Of a stretch of DNA of 64,000 bases, positions 24,383-37,600 are shown one piece after another. Below the pieces are notes generated by a model that did no database searches, was not told the DNA's origin, and worked only from the letters and a program-made list of their open reading frames with translations. Position 1 is the first letter of the stretch. Each line of letters opens with the position of its first letter. Position numbers and translations under genes: made by a program. Origin of the DNA: Balanoglossus misakiensis (taxonomy: Eukaryota; Animalia; Hemichordata); assembly GCA_040954595.2 (NCBI GenBank), contig CM082578.2:6123519-6187518 (forward strand). Reading direction: 5' to 3'.

Positions 24383-24944
24383 AAAAGTCCTTGTTTGCGA
24401 ACCTGTCACTTTGCATCAAGACCTGTCTGTCTTGATGTCTTTAGTTGCTATTGGACAACTTCATTTGGAACCAGAACTAGACATTGATGTTTTCATTTGC
24501 CGTCAGCCAACAATTGCAGCTCTTTGGTCATCAAGCCTCTATTCGTGAGCGCTGACAGAAAAAAAGAGCTGTTGGTTGTGGACATCCAGTCGCCTCCTCC
24601 ACCAAATTGTCCGTCGCCGGGCAACCGCTGCAGAAAAAAGCAAATATTCTGACCTTGAGAATTACACTACGCAATTTTGTTGGATTTGCGCAGAGTCTGA
24701 GTACACAGTTATTGTCTGAAGCTGTGCTGTTGGTTTTTTTTTTGGTTCATACAAAGGAAGTTCCGCACCACGCACTGATGGAAACAGGTCTGCCCCCAGG
24801 CTGTCGCTCTATTCTCTGGTGGAGTCTGGAAGTCTTCACGACTCCCAGTTTGCTGTTTTTGTGTGAAAGGTTTCGAGCTCTGCAATGAAGGCTATTGTAG
24901 AAGTTGTATCGCAAAGAAAGTTTATTTGGACCACATTTTGTGAA

Positions 24945-25337
24945 AAAAATTTAAAAATTGAGATCTGATGATTCTTTCTTGAAGTTAAAAGTCATTTTTT
25001 TTCAGTGTGCTTATGACAGTTTCTTGTTATACTCCCTAAAACATGCTGTAAATGCTCTTTTTTCGCCTTCCGGCATAATCTGCAACAGTGCATTATCGTT
25101 GTTTATTAATAGCTGTCAGTCTGTATCAGCTGTAATGCTTTAAAAATTTAAAAATTGAGATCTGATGATTCTTTCTTGAAGTTAAAAGTCATTTTTTTTC
25201 AGTGTGCTTATGACAGTTTCTTGTTATACTCCCTAAAACATGCTGTAAATGCTCTTTTTTCGCCTTCCGGCATAATCTGCAACAGTGCATTATCGTTGTT
25301 TATTAATAGCTGTCAGTCTGTATCAGCTGTAATGCTT
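24945..25337 (+). repeat. Apparently perfect 196-bp tandem duplication (24945-25140 and 25142-25337)
   Basis: Same sequence at offset 197; the ORF track shows identical peptides at 24958 and 25155. Confidence 0.95.
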
Positions 25338-25544
25338 AGTGTACACCAGCACATGTTAAAGCCCCAGTATTTCTCGTGTGCATCCATTTTTCATCATCGA
25401 AAAAAGCCCGTTTTTCCAGTACATCCATCATGGAATACTATATAATGAAGATGTAAGAAAGGTTTGGGCAATTGTAGCTACATGCAAGCCGAAAATATCG
25501 CCCGTAACACTTGAAATGATGCGCGGGTTTGTTTACAACGGAAA

Positions 25545-25726
25545 TGTTGTACATGTCGATCAGCAAACGTGCCACTTTGACATTTTGATGGTCAGACCAT
25601 TTTCGGATTTGATCTGGTTCCATCGACTGATTTCTCCCATAAAGTTATCTTCCCAAAATTTCGCCGAATTAGTGCGCATTTCTTCGCTGAGTCGCTTGAT
25701 TTGGGGCGACCAAACCTCTTCCGCAT
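25545..25726 (-). pseudogene. Possible frameshifted remnant of an uncharacterised, possibly transposon-associated, gene
   Basis: Three frames stitch to MRKRFGRPKS...KITL / GEISRWNQIKSENGLT / NVKVARLLIDMY, resembling an N-terminal RW..LK...VA..LLD.Y motif I recall from uncharacterised metazoan proteins. Recollection only. Confidence 0.25.
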
Positions 25727-25739
25727 AGATTCACATTTG

Positions 25740-25813
25740 AGTGCGCATGCGCACTAGTCACGTGTGTCAACATTAGCCTGACTCACGTGACTTTCTGTCC
25801 GGACAGAAAGTCA
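25740..25813. promoter_or_regulatory. Palindromic motif cluster (NRF1-like, two E-boxes, 26-bp perfect palindrome)
   Basis: agtgcgcatgcgcact 25740-25755; gtcacgtg 25757-25764; tcacgtgac 25783-25791; tgactttctgtcc|ggacagaaagtca 25788-25813. Function inferred. Confidence 0.45.
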
Positions 25814-28430
25814 TTCTTCACTCGTTATATTGTAAATTGTATGAGTTTATCAGCAGAGCTGGGGATGATGACTGTTCGATTCAGTATCAATTATCATCTA
25901 CTTTTAGAAATTATAGATGCCGTTTCAAGCAAAATTTTGCCCCTACGAGAAATACTGTGGCTTTAAGTTTTACAGTTAACCCAAACCGTTTCACTCCAAG
26001 TGTAACTTTTTTTTTTACCGTGAATAATACCACGGTTGTTTCAATCCCCCTCATGCAAACTCTTTGTGATTTATAATACTCTGATTACTTTGGGTGTAAA
26101 GTATCATAAATCAGGACTTTTTATGTATGGAACAGCATTTGTATGGTGGGATTTTTCTTCTCTGGTGTTGGCCTGTGTAGTGATGCAAGGTTCAGTAGAC
26201 CATACGAAAACACAGTCTCAGAGCTAGAGAGAACCAGTTGTGGAGCACACACACAGGCTGGGGGGGGGGGGACCACATTCAGTGTGCTTCCACCACAAAA
26301 ATGTGGTTCGGCCCCATTGCCAACAGTGGTAAGGCTGGACCTACTTAACATGGGGGTGAAAGCTTGGGTCATAGCCTGATTTGTATAACTGGCAACAGCT
26401 TTACATACATGTATTTCATCTTCACGGTTTCCTGAAAAGAAAACTGTTTCAGGCCTGTGACAGGCTGTGGTTCTGGAGTGTATATACTGGTCATTGTAGC
26501 TTTAGCATTTAGATTTTAAAAATATAAAGTTGAAGGGTTTTAGATACGGTAATCTGCATGAATGATTGTACCCACTCAGGTTGTACATCAAGATAGAAAC
26601 CCCTGTCCCCAACTCCCTGAGGCTTGCTGGTGGGAGCAACAGGTGGCACAGTTGTGTTGTGTTTTCTGAAGGTAGGCCCTCAAGGTACAATAATTCTGTA
26701 CTGCCAGGGATGCTATTAGAAATCAGCTACACTAATGTGAATTAGACTGATTGACTCTCCAGGCAATTGGAAGTGACATAATACATGTCTATTAAATACA
26801 CGTAGTCTTGGTACATGGTCATCTACTAGTCAGTTGGATTTGCTTACCAAAAATAATCCAAAAATAATCATGAACCACTTCTCTAATACATTATTGCATC
26901 ATTGCTGCCTGCATATAATAATGCACTTAGCCTGGGGGCATGGTCACCTATTGCCCAGTTGGATGTGCATGCTTAACCATTGGCAGGTATATCGGAAGTA
27001 AACACTTAAGGCTATCAGCAATTTATTGAAATTTAACAAAGAGTATCAGATATGTTCAACTGACCTGCCCACAGAAATTGCCCCTTGCCTAGTCCAGCTC
27101 CAATAATCAGACATCAACACACAGAGGATATATTAAGTCACATTAAGAGATTGGATTATCATAAATTAAAGTGATGTCCTGAACATTGACCTCTGCTATT
27201 ATTGTGCAAAGGTTCTATGGGTCGGCCATCTCTTGTTTTGTCATCAAAAATGTCAATTAAGACAGGTTTGCTGTCATTGTTAATCTGGTGATAATTTTCT
27301 GTAAAGGGTTTATTGCTATGGTGATCTGGGCCATACATGTAAGAAAGATAACCTCTCTCACCTTTGTCCCGAGATATTGTTAATATCAGGAGTTGGTTCG
27401 GCCAGAATCGGAATTTCTTCATAAATGAATAGAAATCACTGCACATCCAAAAGATCTTCTGAGGGAAAAACACACATGAATAACTCTTGAAATGAGAATT
27501 ATAGTCTTCATGCAATGTTGCACTTGCGTTTTGTCAGTTTGTTTGATATGCAACACTTGAAAAGTTTTTGAATGGGTCATTTTTCATCGGGGATTCTCTG
27601 GAGCATGCCAAGTAAATATGGATTGGAATGGACTTAAACCTTTGCAGTGCTCACCCCTCTCGGTTGAAATGGTTTGTCTTATGATAAAAGAGGAATCCAC
27701 CAATCTGTGAGTGTCAAATACACTTATCAAGATGATAACTGCATGAACTTTTTTAGCGATGAAACCTTTAAAAGCACATTAAAAGCCGGTTTGAAACTGG
27801 TATTCCCCCCTAAAAAAAACGACAGACAATAACTGATAGTTCGTATTTCCGGGCGGAGCAGAGTGCCCCGTGTTGAATCATCGGTCTGGTACTCTGGTGA
27901 ATAGGTGACGGTCCTGTTGTTGAACAAAGGCATTATACACGATTGTTGTCGTCCTGAGCAGATTGAAAGATTGGTCTGAATTGTTTGGTTGTACGGGACT
28001 TTACTCGGCCGGCAGACACCACTTGCTCCGCAAAGCAGAGCAGAGCAGACAAAAGGTCCTCCGTGTTTCAGCCGAAAGGTGACCCCAACTTTGATCTGAC
28101 TTCTTGTCTCAACTGGAAGACTTCTGGCATCTGTTTGAGGACAGGCTTTTTTTTTATACCCCGCCACTCGACTGGTGTGAGAGTCTGTGAAGGAATCAGT
28201 GGCCGTTTTTTTTTATCAGTGAGTGACTGGCTGGCTGGCCTAAGGTGAAAATCTTTCTCTGTTAGTGCAACGGGTACAACTCATCTGTGTGCTTGGTTCA
28301 TTTGGTACGAGGAACGAGAAGTTGACTCCTGTGTATTTTCCTATGGAATAGACAGAAAAAAAGGGATAATCTGTTACCATAACAACCTGTAGAAGGTCTG
28401 CGACTGCAGAGGTCTGGATCACCACCCAAC

Positions 28431-28641
28431 ATGGAATCGTCACGCGCTGTCGTCCTCCTGGCTTTCCTCTGTGTGTCTGCCAGTGTGTCCTGGGGTATGA
28501 TGCCCGGTATGTCACCGTACTTCTTCATGTGTAATTACCAAGGGGGCATCCACCAGGCGGACGTGGACAGCGGAGAAGTCACCCTCCGGGTGGGAATAGT
28601 CGGAAACCCAACGTTCTACAAGCCGGGAGAGATGTACCAAG
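28431..28641 (+). CDS. RELN: RELN exon 1 (signal peptide, reeler start)
   Basis: [14 protein letters not shown]...[13 protein letters not shown]|gtaaat. Confidence 0.92.
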
Positions 28642-31600
28642 GTAAATTGGAATATTTTCTTTTTTTGGAACATAGTTTTATAGTTACAGATATATCAGCT
28701 CGCATGCCATTCTAAATCACTCTGACCTTCTGTATCAATTTATTGCATCCTGAACTTTGCTCACCTAAAGTTGTTTTGTCAACCAAGAGATCCCATTCAT
28801 TGCAACTTTATAAAAAAAAATTAATCTACACACACTGCATGCTCCAAGTGTGAGAAATATTTCTTGCGCCATCCGGACAATAGTTAGAGAATCAAACACT
28901 TCTTTTGTGAAACCCACTGGAGCATGGAACGTCTATTAAATTAAATGGAACATATTCTCCTTTGTCAGACCGTGATTACTTTTTACAGCTTGTACTGGTG
29001 AATACTGGCGAGCTGTTAGTCCATCGGACCATTTCTTTAAGATTTTTTTCTCAGTGCTTTACAAAAGAAATTGTGTATCAAACTCAGATGTTTAAAACAA
29101 GAAGTAGACACAAAAGTGAAAAGCAAAAAGGAACGTTTTAAAGAAGGTGGAACATTAAAAGTGATGTATGTGTACAATGTAAAAGGTTCATGTAATATTT
29201 AAAAAAATCAGTCTGGTGTTGGCCACAATGCTGGGTGAAGTATTTCCCCATGTTATCTTTGAAAGTGCAGAACATCTCTGCTGCATGTTCAAACGCTCCT
29301 CCCTTTGACAGACCTTGACACTGCCAAGCAGTTGGATAACACTGACATTGAATGTCAGTTGGGAGACAACAAGGACTTTCAGACAGTCCCTTGAATTGTT
29401 TATTTCACATCCCAGGTAGAGTAATTGCCAGCACCTTTAAAGGGACAAAGTCTCTCTCTCTCGCTGCCCTTTTTCCATTAGTTATGTTCGATACAAGACA
29501 CCATTTAATATGTTATTCTGCATGTGGATATATACCAATCAACATTCTACCACACACAACTTCCATCCCACTTGTAGACACGAGAGTGGAAAACTCGCCG
29601 AAAATGAATAATCGGTGTTTACCATTTATTCATTTTGGCGAATGGAAAAAAGGCAGTGAGGGAGAGACTTTGTCCCTTTAACTTCTGTTTTGCTGGAGTA
29701 TAATTTCTGCACGTCGTGTCCCCCCTGTTTTAATCCAGCATTCTTGGTGTGAAATACATCGCACCAGAGTAACAATGAAACAGATTGGGTGGCTGCGTTC
29801 ACACTTCGACAGTAACATTACCCGCTTCCTAACTTTGTTACTGAGGTGTATAACGAGTGATTTCATGGTCTAATTCACCCGACTAATCCCCTGGCTATTG
29901 TCAAGGTGATGGACGTGTTTGTTTGAAATGCAGAGCCTTCCCAGATGCTGATACAAATAAGACGTTCGGAGTTTTAATCGCAGGATTTGTCCTTGATGAG
30001 TGGAAAGAATCAGAAAGTTTGATAGCCACAGGAAATGCAGAATGCACTGTTTGGCTATCACTGTCTCTTATCGCCTTCCCATACCATTATTGTATACTGA
30101 TAGATGCACGAAACTGTCTTTAGCTGCCTTCTGAAAATGAAGGAGAACGTTTTCTGCAAATTATCACATCACTACAGCATGTGAAATACACACTGTGACC
30201 GAGTCAAAGAAATCATCACTGTGGATTTTGCAGAAAATCTGGAGTGATAATTCTACCGACAGGTCTGCAGACAGTAAACAGACTCTCTTCTTTCACACCA
30301 TTTCTCCGCGGATCAAGTGTTGCGGTTGCCGCAGAAATTGAGACATTTAGCAATCCATCAACGTTGAACCCGAGCACCTTGGCTCGGCCGTGTGGTTTTC
30401 GTCTCTCGTGCAAGGCTTTTTTTCACAAGGCAGGATAAGATATTCTATTCGTATGCTAACACGTCTTCTTTAAATTGTTTACTGCAGTTCCGTCACTGTG
30501 CTGTTTAATTGGCGGAGTTGCAACCACTTTTCGCAGATCTATGCAGAATCGTTGTGAGTGTAAGGAAATGTGCAAATTCAGTCGGGTTACATGCAAAGCA
30601 ATCATGCATCAGATTTATTGAACCTCGCAAAACCCGTGACAACAAAAAAGTGTTTTCAGTGATCGAACACAAGGGCCATCACGCTAAGCTTTAGAAAGTG
30701 CCTCGTAAAACTTCATGGATATCCTTAATGAGATTGGAAGTGGTGGTAGTTGGTGTTACTGTTGTAATAAAAAAAACTTTTAGCTTTAATGTTTATTGGC
30801 ACTTTGGTATAACCAAGTGTCACTGTAAAATGGTAAATTAGAAAAAGGTTAAGTTGGGTAAGATCGATCGAGTCACCTCCAGTACACTTGGTAAGTTGAA
30901 GCTTTTGGAGAGATAAAAAGCATGATGACATCTGATAGCAGAACATATTGCCTGTGCTTTAAGCTAGATCTCGGGCAGCATTCTTCTAACGGGCGATCAT
31001 TTTCCACTCAAAGTATGAATAGATAAGTCAATAAAAATTGAAGACATAAATTTTTCTAAGTGATACAATTTTAATTGTGGATTCAGAACTTTGATAGAAG
31101 TCTACAGTTTGCCGGCATCAAGCTGTACAAGATAAGATAGGCCTGAAATTCCAACGATCTTGACCTTGGCTATGAAAAGGTTCTGTTGGCTTATTCAGTT
31201 CATTGACTTTAAATACTGCCATTAAAATACAAGTGCATTGTTTATCGTGACAAGTGTGACATCAGTGCAGTGAATTATGGCCTGTTTTTTTATCCAATTC
31301 TGCAAGTTGGAGTTCCATGGCTATTTCGCCAATCACTGCTGCCATAAAACGGTATGCCAGGAGTTGTCTGGTCAGTGTTGGTTGTTTCCTGTTCCATTTG
31401 TATTTTGGATGCGTTGGGATGTGTGAAAAACATCCGGAATTGTTTGAAAATTGAACATGCTTAATGTTTTAGTGATGACAGAAAACAAAAAAAGCATTTA
31501 TGATTGAATTTCAAAATTTGACCCAGTTTTAATCTTCCCCGCATTCTCATCCATGCGATCAATGCCTTCACCCCAGGTGGCCAGGTGTTGGGTTCATCCC

Positions 31601-34600
31601 ACTTGCACAAACTGAAAACGACATCTGCAACAAAGCCATGTCTTCAGTCGTTGCACTTAAATGTTTACAGTTTGTCCCACCACAGTGCAACAGCAGGCGG
31701 CCTGGCCACAGTTTTTGTCCCTCTTTCTGTTTAATCACAGGTGTGGTTTCACGACCAGAGGTCATATTGTCCTCACGCCTGTTAAACTTGTTTTTGACAA
31801 TTGTCCCAACACCCCTCACAAATTCTCATACAACCAAAGTTGCATGCACCCATCTTTATGTCAGACTCAATTCGCACACTCGTGGTATTTCGTTTACAAC
31901 ATGTTTTTGTCATTTCATTTCACTGCAAAGTTACTTTGATGTCAGAGAACTTGTATGCACTTTTTAACAATGTGCAAATTCTGTGAGAGAAAAATGTGTA
32001 GTACTCTGTGAACCAAATGAATGCATGGTGATGTTTAGACTACAGAGGGAGATGGGGCTGACATGGCTGTACATAATGATTGTGTCAAATAATTGATCGA
32101 TCACCTTTACAAGTAATTTGGTGCGGTATTCAAGGCGTCCCCGTTTTTTTTGTTTCTGACCAAAAGCTGTACAGTTCGGTTTTTCAGCCGACAACAACAG
32201 ACTCCTACCCTATGAAAGGACACTACTATCAACAACAAATTACCGAGAGCAATTTATCTTGTTGGTTTGACAAAAGTGCCAATGGACAGTTTATTTTCCC
32301 TCAAGAAACTACAGGATGCAGGTAGAGATGGGAGGGAAGGTCTTTAACCGTGTTCCGGTACATTGCTGATGGGATTTTAGAACAGAATTAAAAATCAGGC
32401 ATTTAAAGTGTATGTGAAACTAAATGTAGTAATTGAAAATCATGCTTCCATTTTATTTTCCTCCAAAAGAAAAAAAAATGTAACTTTCTCAAATATAATA
32501 AATTAAGCCTTAACTTTTCACATAAATTCCAATTACTTTGTTAAATATTTTGGGACACTAAGAATTATTGCAGTGTCCAACAGTAGCAGAGAATAATGAT
32601 TGACAACTGTAACACGGTTTATATAGTAGAACACAATATGATTAAAATCAGATGTAGGGTTATGCACCATCTTTACTTTAGCTGGTTCTATGTTGTTCTC
32701 TTAACTACGGTGTAAAGAGGCATTCACCGGAGAAAAGAGACCAGCAAAAGTACAGATGGCACCAAACTCTGCATCTGATTTTAATCACATTGAGTAAATA
32801 TCGTATGGGATTCTATTAAAGCAAAACTTTTCGGGCGTCTTACTGGATATCTGACTGATTTCCACTGAACATTTCAAAGCTCAATCTTTACATGTTCTGG
32901 ACTTCTTCACCATTCCAGTGACCCTGACCTCCAGCAAGGAGTTTGATGGCTTCCTCGTGACCGGCGTCTACCTGTCCATGAAGCCGCAGACGCCTTTCAA
33001 TCCCATCATGGGCGTCATGATGAATCCGGTGGCCATGGTGACGGGACAGTCCTCCATTTGCTCCATAGTCCACCAGCACTTCGGTCTGCTGCCTCAGACG
33101 TCGTTGACGTTTTTCTGGTTTGCGCCGCCGGCCGGAAGTGGCTGCATCGATTTCCTGTAAGTCACATATTTTTTATGGAAATTATCACTTTATGTCAATT
33201 TGTTTCAAAAAGCAGCAATTGTAATGTCGCAGAACTTCTCACCAAAATAAATCAATCTGATTAAATTTACACCAACATCGATCATTAATGTGCATCTATC
33301 TTTGTAACACTAACACTAAAACAAATTTTCCTTTGTATATTATGAAGATTGTGTAATTCTTTACAAAAAACATCCAAGTGCAAATCAAAATCACACCCTG
33401 CTCTTCAGTTTATAATTTCAATAGAAATATCAACAGTCTGCTTAAATTGTCTGGAACCAGATTGGTTTGAAATAGAGATGATTGCACTAGTACACTCTCA
33501 GCATCACTTCATATTTATGTAGTGGATGCTATATCTTGTCACAAGACCAGCTCCAGCTAGATCTTTCAGCATGCGTGTATAATCTGCCTCATCTCAAAAG
33601 ACATATATACCGGGAAAAGTCAAAAGTTGATTGATTCTTTTTTCTCTAAATAAAAACAAGTCTGACATAGCGCAGTTATGGGTGATTACACATGTATGAA
33701 TGTGTAAGGAAATGCCAGTGCTCAAGAAGATATGCCGAAAGTGACATGAAAACATTCTCGAGACAGTGACGTACAACAGAAAAGTAGTGTAGTTATCTCA
33801 GATATCAAGTGTGTCTAAACACTGACTCGCAATGTACATCGATAGAAAAACATTGAATCATCCACTTGAGAAAAAGTATTTTTTTTGTCGGATTTCCGTT
33901 CTCATGGAATGCAATTACCTCCATCTCCACAGTGCAACTGCCAGCCTGCGTCAACAGATCCTGTTCAAAGACACGCTGGCTCTAGAACTCTGTGAAGAAG
34001 GCACCATGCAGCAGGATTCGGTCATGGAGGTCAAGGGTCAGTCAACATGTTTTTCATCCGCGCTCTCTTGGAGTCTTGGAGCGCATAATGGGATATTTTC
34101 TGTTTGATTGTAACTTGTTTTCACACTTTTCTTGTCATTCATAAGCCGCAGGGAGGATGTCACTTGACTGGGCTTACCGCTTCCAATCAGAGCTGTAGGC
34201 CCCCAGATCTATAACCCAGGGCAGTGTCTAGGACACTTGAGAGAGAAAGAGAAAAAAAATGAAACACTGTTCCTCATCTGTCGAAGTTTTCCTACAGCTT
34301 GTGGTTGTTGTTTGCATTTCAGAAGTTGGCGATATCAGCGGTATTATTCTGAGGGATAACTTTGACGCCTCTGAGAAGCTGGACACATCGTTGTGGTGAG
34401 TGATCTAAATAATTAACAGGTGTTTACCGGCAGTGCATGAAGCTTTCTTGCCCTTGCCACGACTGCTGGATTTGTGTATTCCTTCCCAAGCTGACCAATC
34501 ATGGGGGCTTGAGTACTGCACCATTTCAAGCAGAATTAAAGCTGCAAGCAGCGTTGGGGGGGCACAAGCGGTTCCCATGGTGACCAGCAAATGCCACGGC

Positions 34601-37600
34601 TGTATCTGCTGGAGATACCAAGATATGGGAAAGTAGGTCAAAGGTCACCTGAGGTCACCCCAAATTTCGGCAAAAAAATTGGACCCCATACTAGTCTAGA
34701 TCCAACAAAAAACCAGACCCCTAGCCCTATTGGTTCACCTGCAATTAGGTATGCACATAATTAATGAGGTCTTGTGTAAGACTCCATTATGTGCTCAATA
34801 CCCATAAAAGCCAGGGCTCTAACTGCTCTGGATGCTGAGATATGGGAAAGTAGATCAAAGGTCACCCAAGGTCACCCAAAATTAGGGCATCAAATTTTGA
34901 CCCCAGAGTGGCCCATGTCCAACTAAAACCAGACCTCTAGCCCTATTGGTTAGCCTGGAATTAGATATGCAGAAAAATGATGTTTCAGAAATAGGTCAAG
35001 GGTCATTGCCAAAATTACAAAAATATTTGTGTCATGTCCTGGCAGCATTGGTACCCATGTCCACAAAATTCATGACTGTGGTGCTTTGACAAGAGGAGGT
35101 ATGGGGAATATGCATATATAATTAGTTGTTTTAAAACTGGGTCAAAGGTCATGTGAAAATTGCCCCGAAAAATTGTGACAACTTCCGGTCATATGATGAC
35201 TCATATCCAAAAAAAGAATTTCCGTGCTGTCAACATTTTGGCTACAAAACAGAATTTTCATTTTTCAATGGTTTTCCGAAAATCCAACATGGCCGCCATA
35301 ATGATCGACCAATCACAGTGCGCTTCGCAAACTTGATAGACATAGGTTAGGTGACCACATACCCCGAATCCCGTGACTCGGCAATCGCTGGTTCTGGAGA
35401 AGAAGATTTTTAAAGTTTTAAGTAGTTTTTCAGAAAAACAATTGTAGCAAAAAAAACGGTATGTGTGACGTCATGATTTCAATTGGGTAAAATGATGGAC
35501 GGAAGGTAGGCTACCTGCACACCAAATTTGAACTCGATCGGCCCAGTAGTTTTTGAGAAGGACTCGTTTAACGATTTTCAGGAAATCCAATATGGCCGCC
35601 AGGTCACGTGACTAATTAAATATTCACGAGCCACTGCACGTCTACTCATTGGCCCCTATCACCCTATGAAGTTTCAGCCCCCTAGGTGCTGCGGTTTTCC
35701 AGATCTACCTGGCCGAATTTTGGGGAAGAAGAAGAAGAAGAAGAATAAAGAAGAAATATTCCAACAATAACAATGGGGGCACAAGCCGCCTGAGGGCGCT
35801 TGTGCCCCCAATGAACCAATGGCAGCGCATTACTTTGAACTGCACCAATCAGGTGAACAGGAGAACTTATTAGCTTATGAATATTCATGAACTAGGATTT
35901 CGCTACCACCAGTTGTGCGCACAGTCAAATTTTATGCAAACATAGGTGGCAGCTCAGATTGTCTGTCAATTCTTCTCTTTTCAGTTCATGTTAGACCACT
36001 TTCTCCCCCTTTTCGCTCTGTAGTGGTTCAACTTAACCAGAGGAAACAATGGATTTGGACCAAAATATGTTGAGAAAGGGTTAAATTATATGCAACAGAA
36101 TATAAATCAAAACACAGGTAGCATAGGCTTGTTCTTGCAGTATAGTTCTCATTGAAATGGATTGTGTACACAGTGTCCCCTGTTCTCTGTTCTCTTTTGA
36201 AGTGTTTAATCGTTCTTAGTGTAACCTATCCAATACGCTGCTGACCCACAGTGCTATTCCTCCACATACAAATGTTTTTGCACGACCATGCTAAGATCAG
36301 ATCTCAACAAACAGGAAACGCTTGGCTACCCTGCATGGTTAGGAAAATGTGCCTGGTGGAATGAAATATAGAAAGCAAAGAGAATTTAAAATTGAATTGA
36401 AAACAAAAAGCTGGAAAAGGTAAATCCCAGAATGTCCACAAGACAGGCAACCAATATGGATTAGGGGTGAGAAGTTTGATACCATACTTATTGAGGGGGG
36501 GGGGGGGGTTCTTCACAGGAAAATTGGCTGTAATTGTTTTATTAGTGGCTCTATATGACTCTATAAGTATGCATTACATTATTAAAAAATATAATATTTT
36601 TGGTAGGTCTGATTTGCAGGGTGGCAGTGTTAGTCAAGAATGTGGTCCGATAATTCATGCCAATGCCATTGTGTTCTGTCAGCACATGGGAACCAGAGAA
36701 GTCTCTACTGTTCATCTGAACACCACCACTGCATCTGTTATACAGTTTGCGCTGAGTGAGTATTCCAAGTGTTTACTGGTGCTGGAAATAAAATGAAATA
36801 AAATGTCAGTGCAAATTCTGCTTTCAGTGTTGAGAATGCAAGAGTTCTCCGAAGACACAGTGATGTTTTCTTTTAGTGTTTTAGTATACGTGTCAGATGT
36901 AAAATGCACTGTGTGTACTACAGTGCCACTGATGCTAGTATTTGCCTGCTGTGCCCAGTACAGCAATTTCAGTATTGATGGTTTTTCACATTTTTACTGT
37001 AATAAATATATTGGCATTTTTTCTGTATTTTTTTTTCAACTCTAAGCAGCATCTCTGACAAAACAGTTTCCAACGTATGTTAAAGTTGTTGATTTGACAT
37101 CGTTTTAAATGTGCAATTCAAGCGTTGCTCACCGTAAATGTTAATTTATCAAAATGCGCCATATTGAGATGCCACGTGGACACTTATTTTGCGGATGCAT
37201 TTCATCGTCCCTATGAATTTTAGGGAAGTTCCCATCAAGCCTGGAAACATCTGCGTGACAAAAATTATTTCACAGTGAGAATCACCTGTTAAACTTGTGT
37301 CAGATTCCAATTGCAGAAATTTTGTCTCGTCAAGTACTTTGAGAATTTACAACCGTAGTGAACCTGTGTAGTATTGTGTTGAATATACGGTAGCAAAGAA
37401 TTTCAGACAGTGATGCTGTGTTCTAAAATTTGTGTTCCCCCTCAGGCGCCGGAACTTGTCAAGCGGGATTTGGTGACTACAGCATTGAGATATCGTACGC
37501 CTTGCGGGACAGAATCGATTGGCACCTCATCGACAAAGTCAGGTTAGTCATGAGAACATCTGTCACAGGGAAAAGTCGGTCAGAGTCTTGAAGAAATCAG

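Noticed and set aside
27727-28248. 146-aa and 87-aa ORFs upstream of RELN
   Set aside because: No recognisable domain or exon structure; probably RELN promoter or 5' UTR
29350-32330. Several 60-109 aa ORFs in RELN intron 1 as a nested gene
   Set aside because: No homology motifs or consistent splice phases seen; regulatory content cannot be judged without comparative data
34145-34200. Extra RELN exon after the acceptor-like ttgtcattcataag
   Set aside because: The phase-1 frame reaches TAG after about 17 codons, and exons 3 and 4 already join in frame
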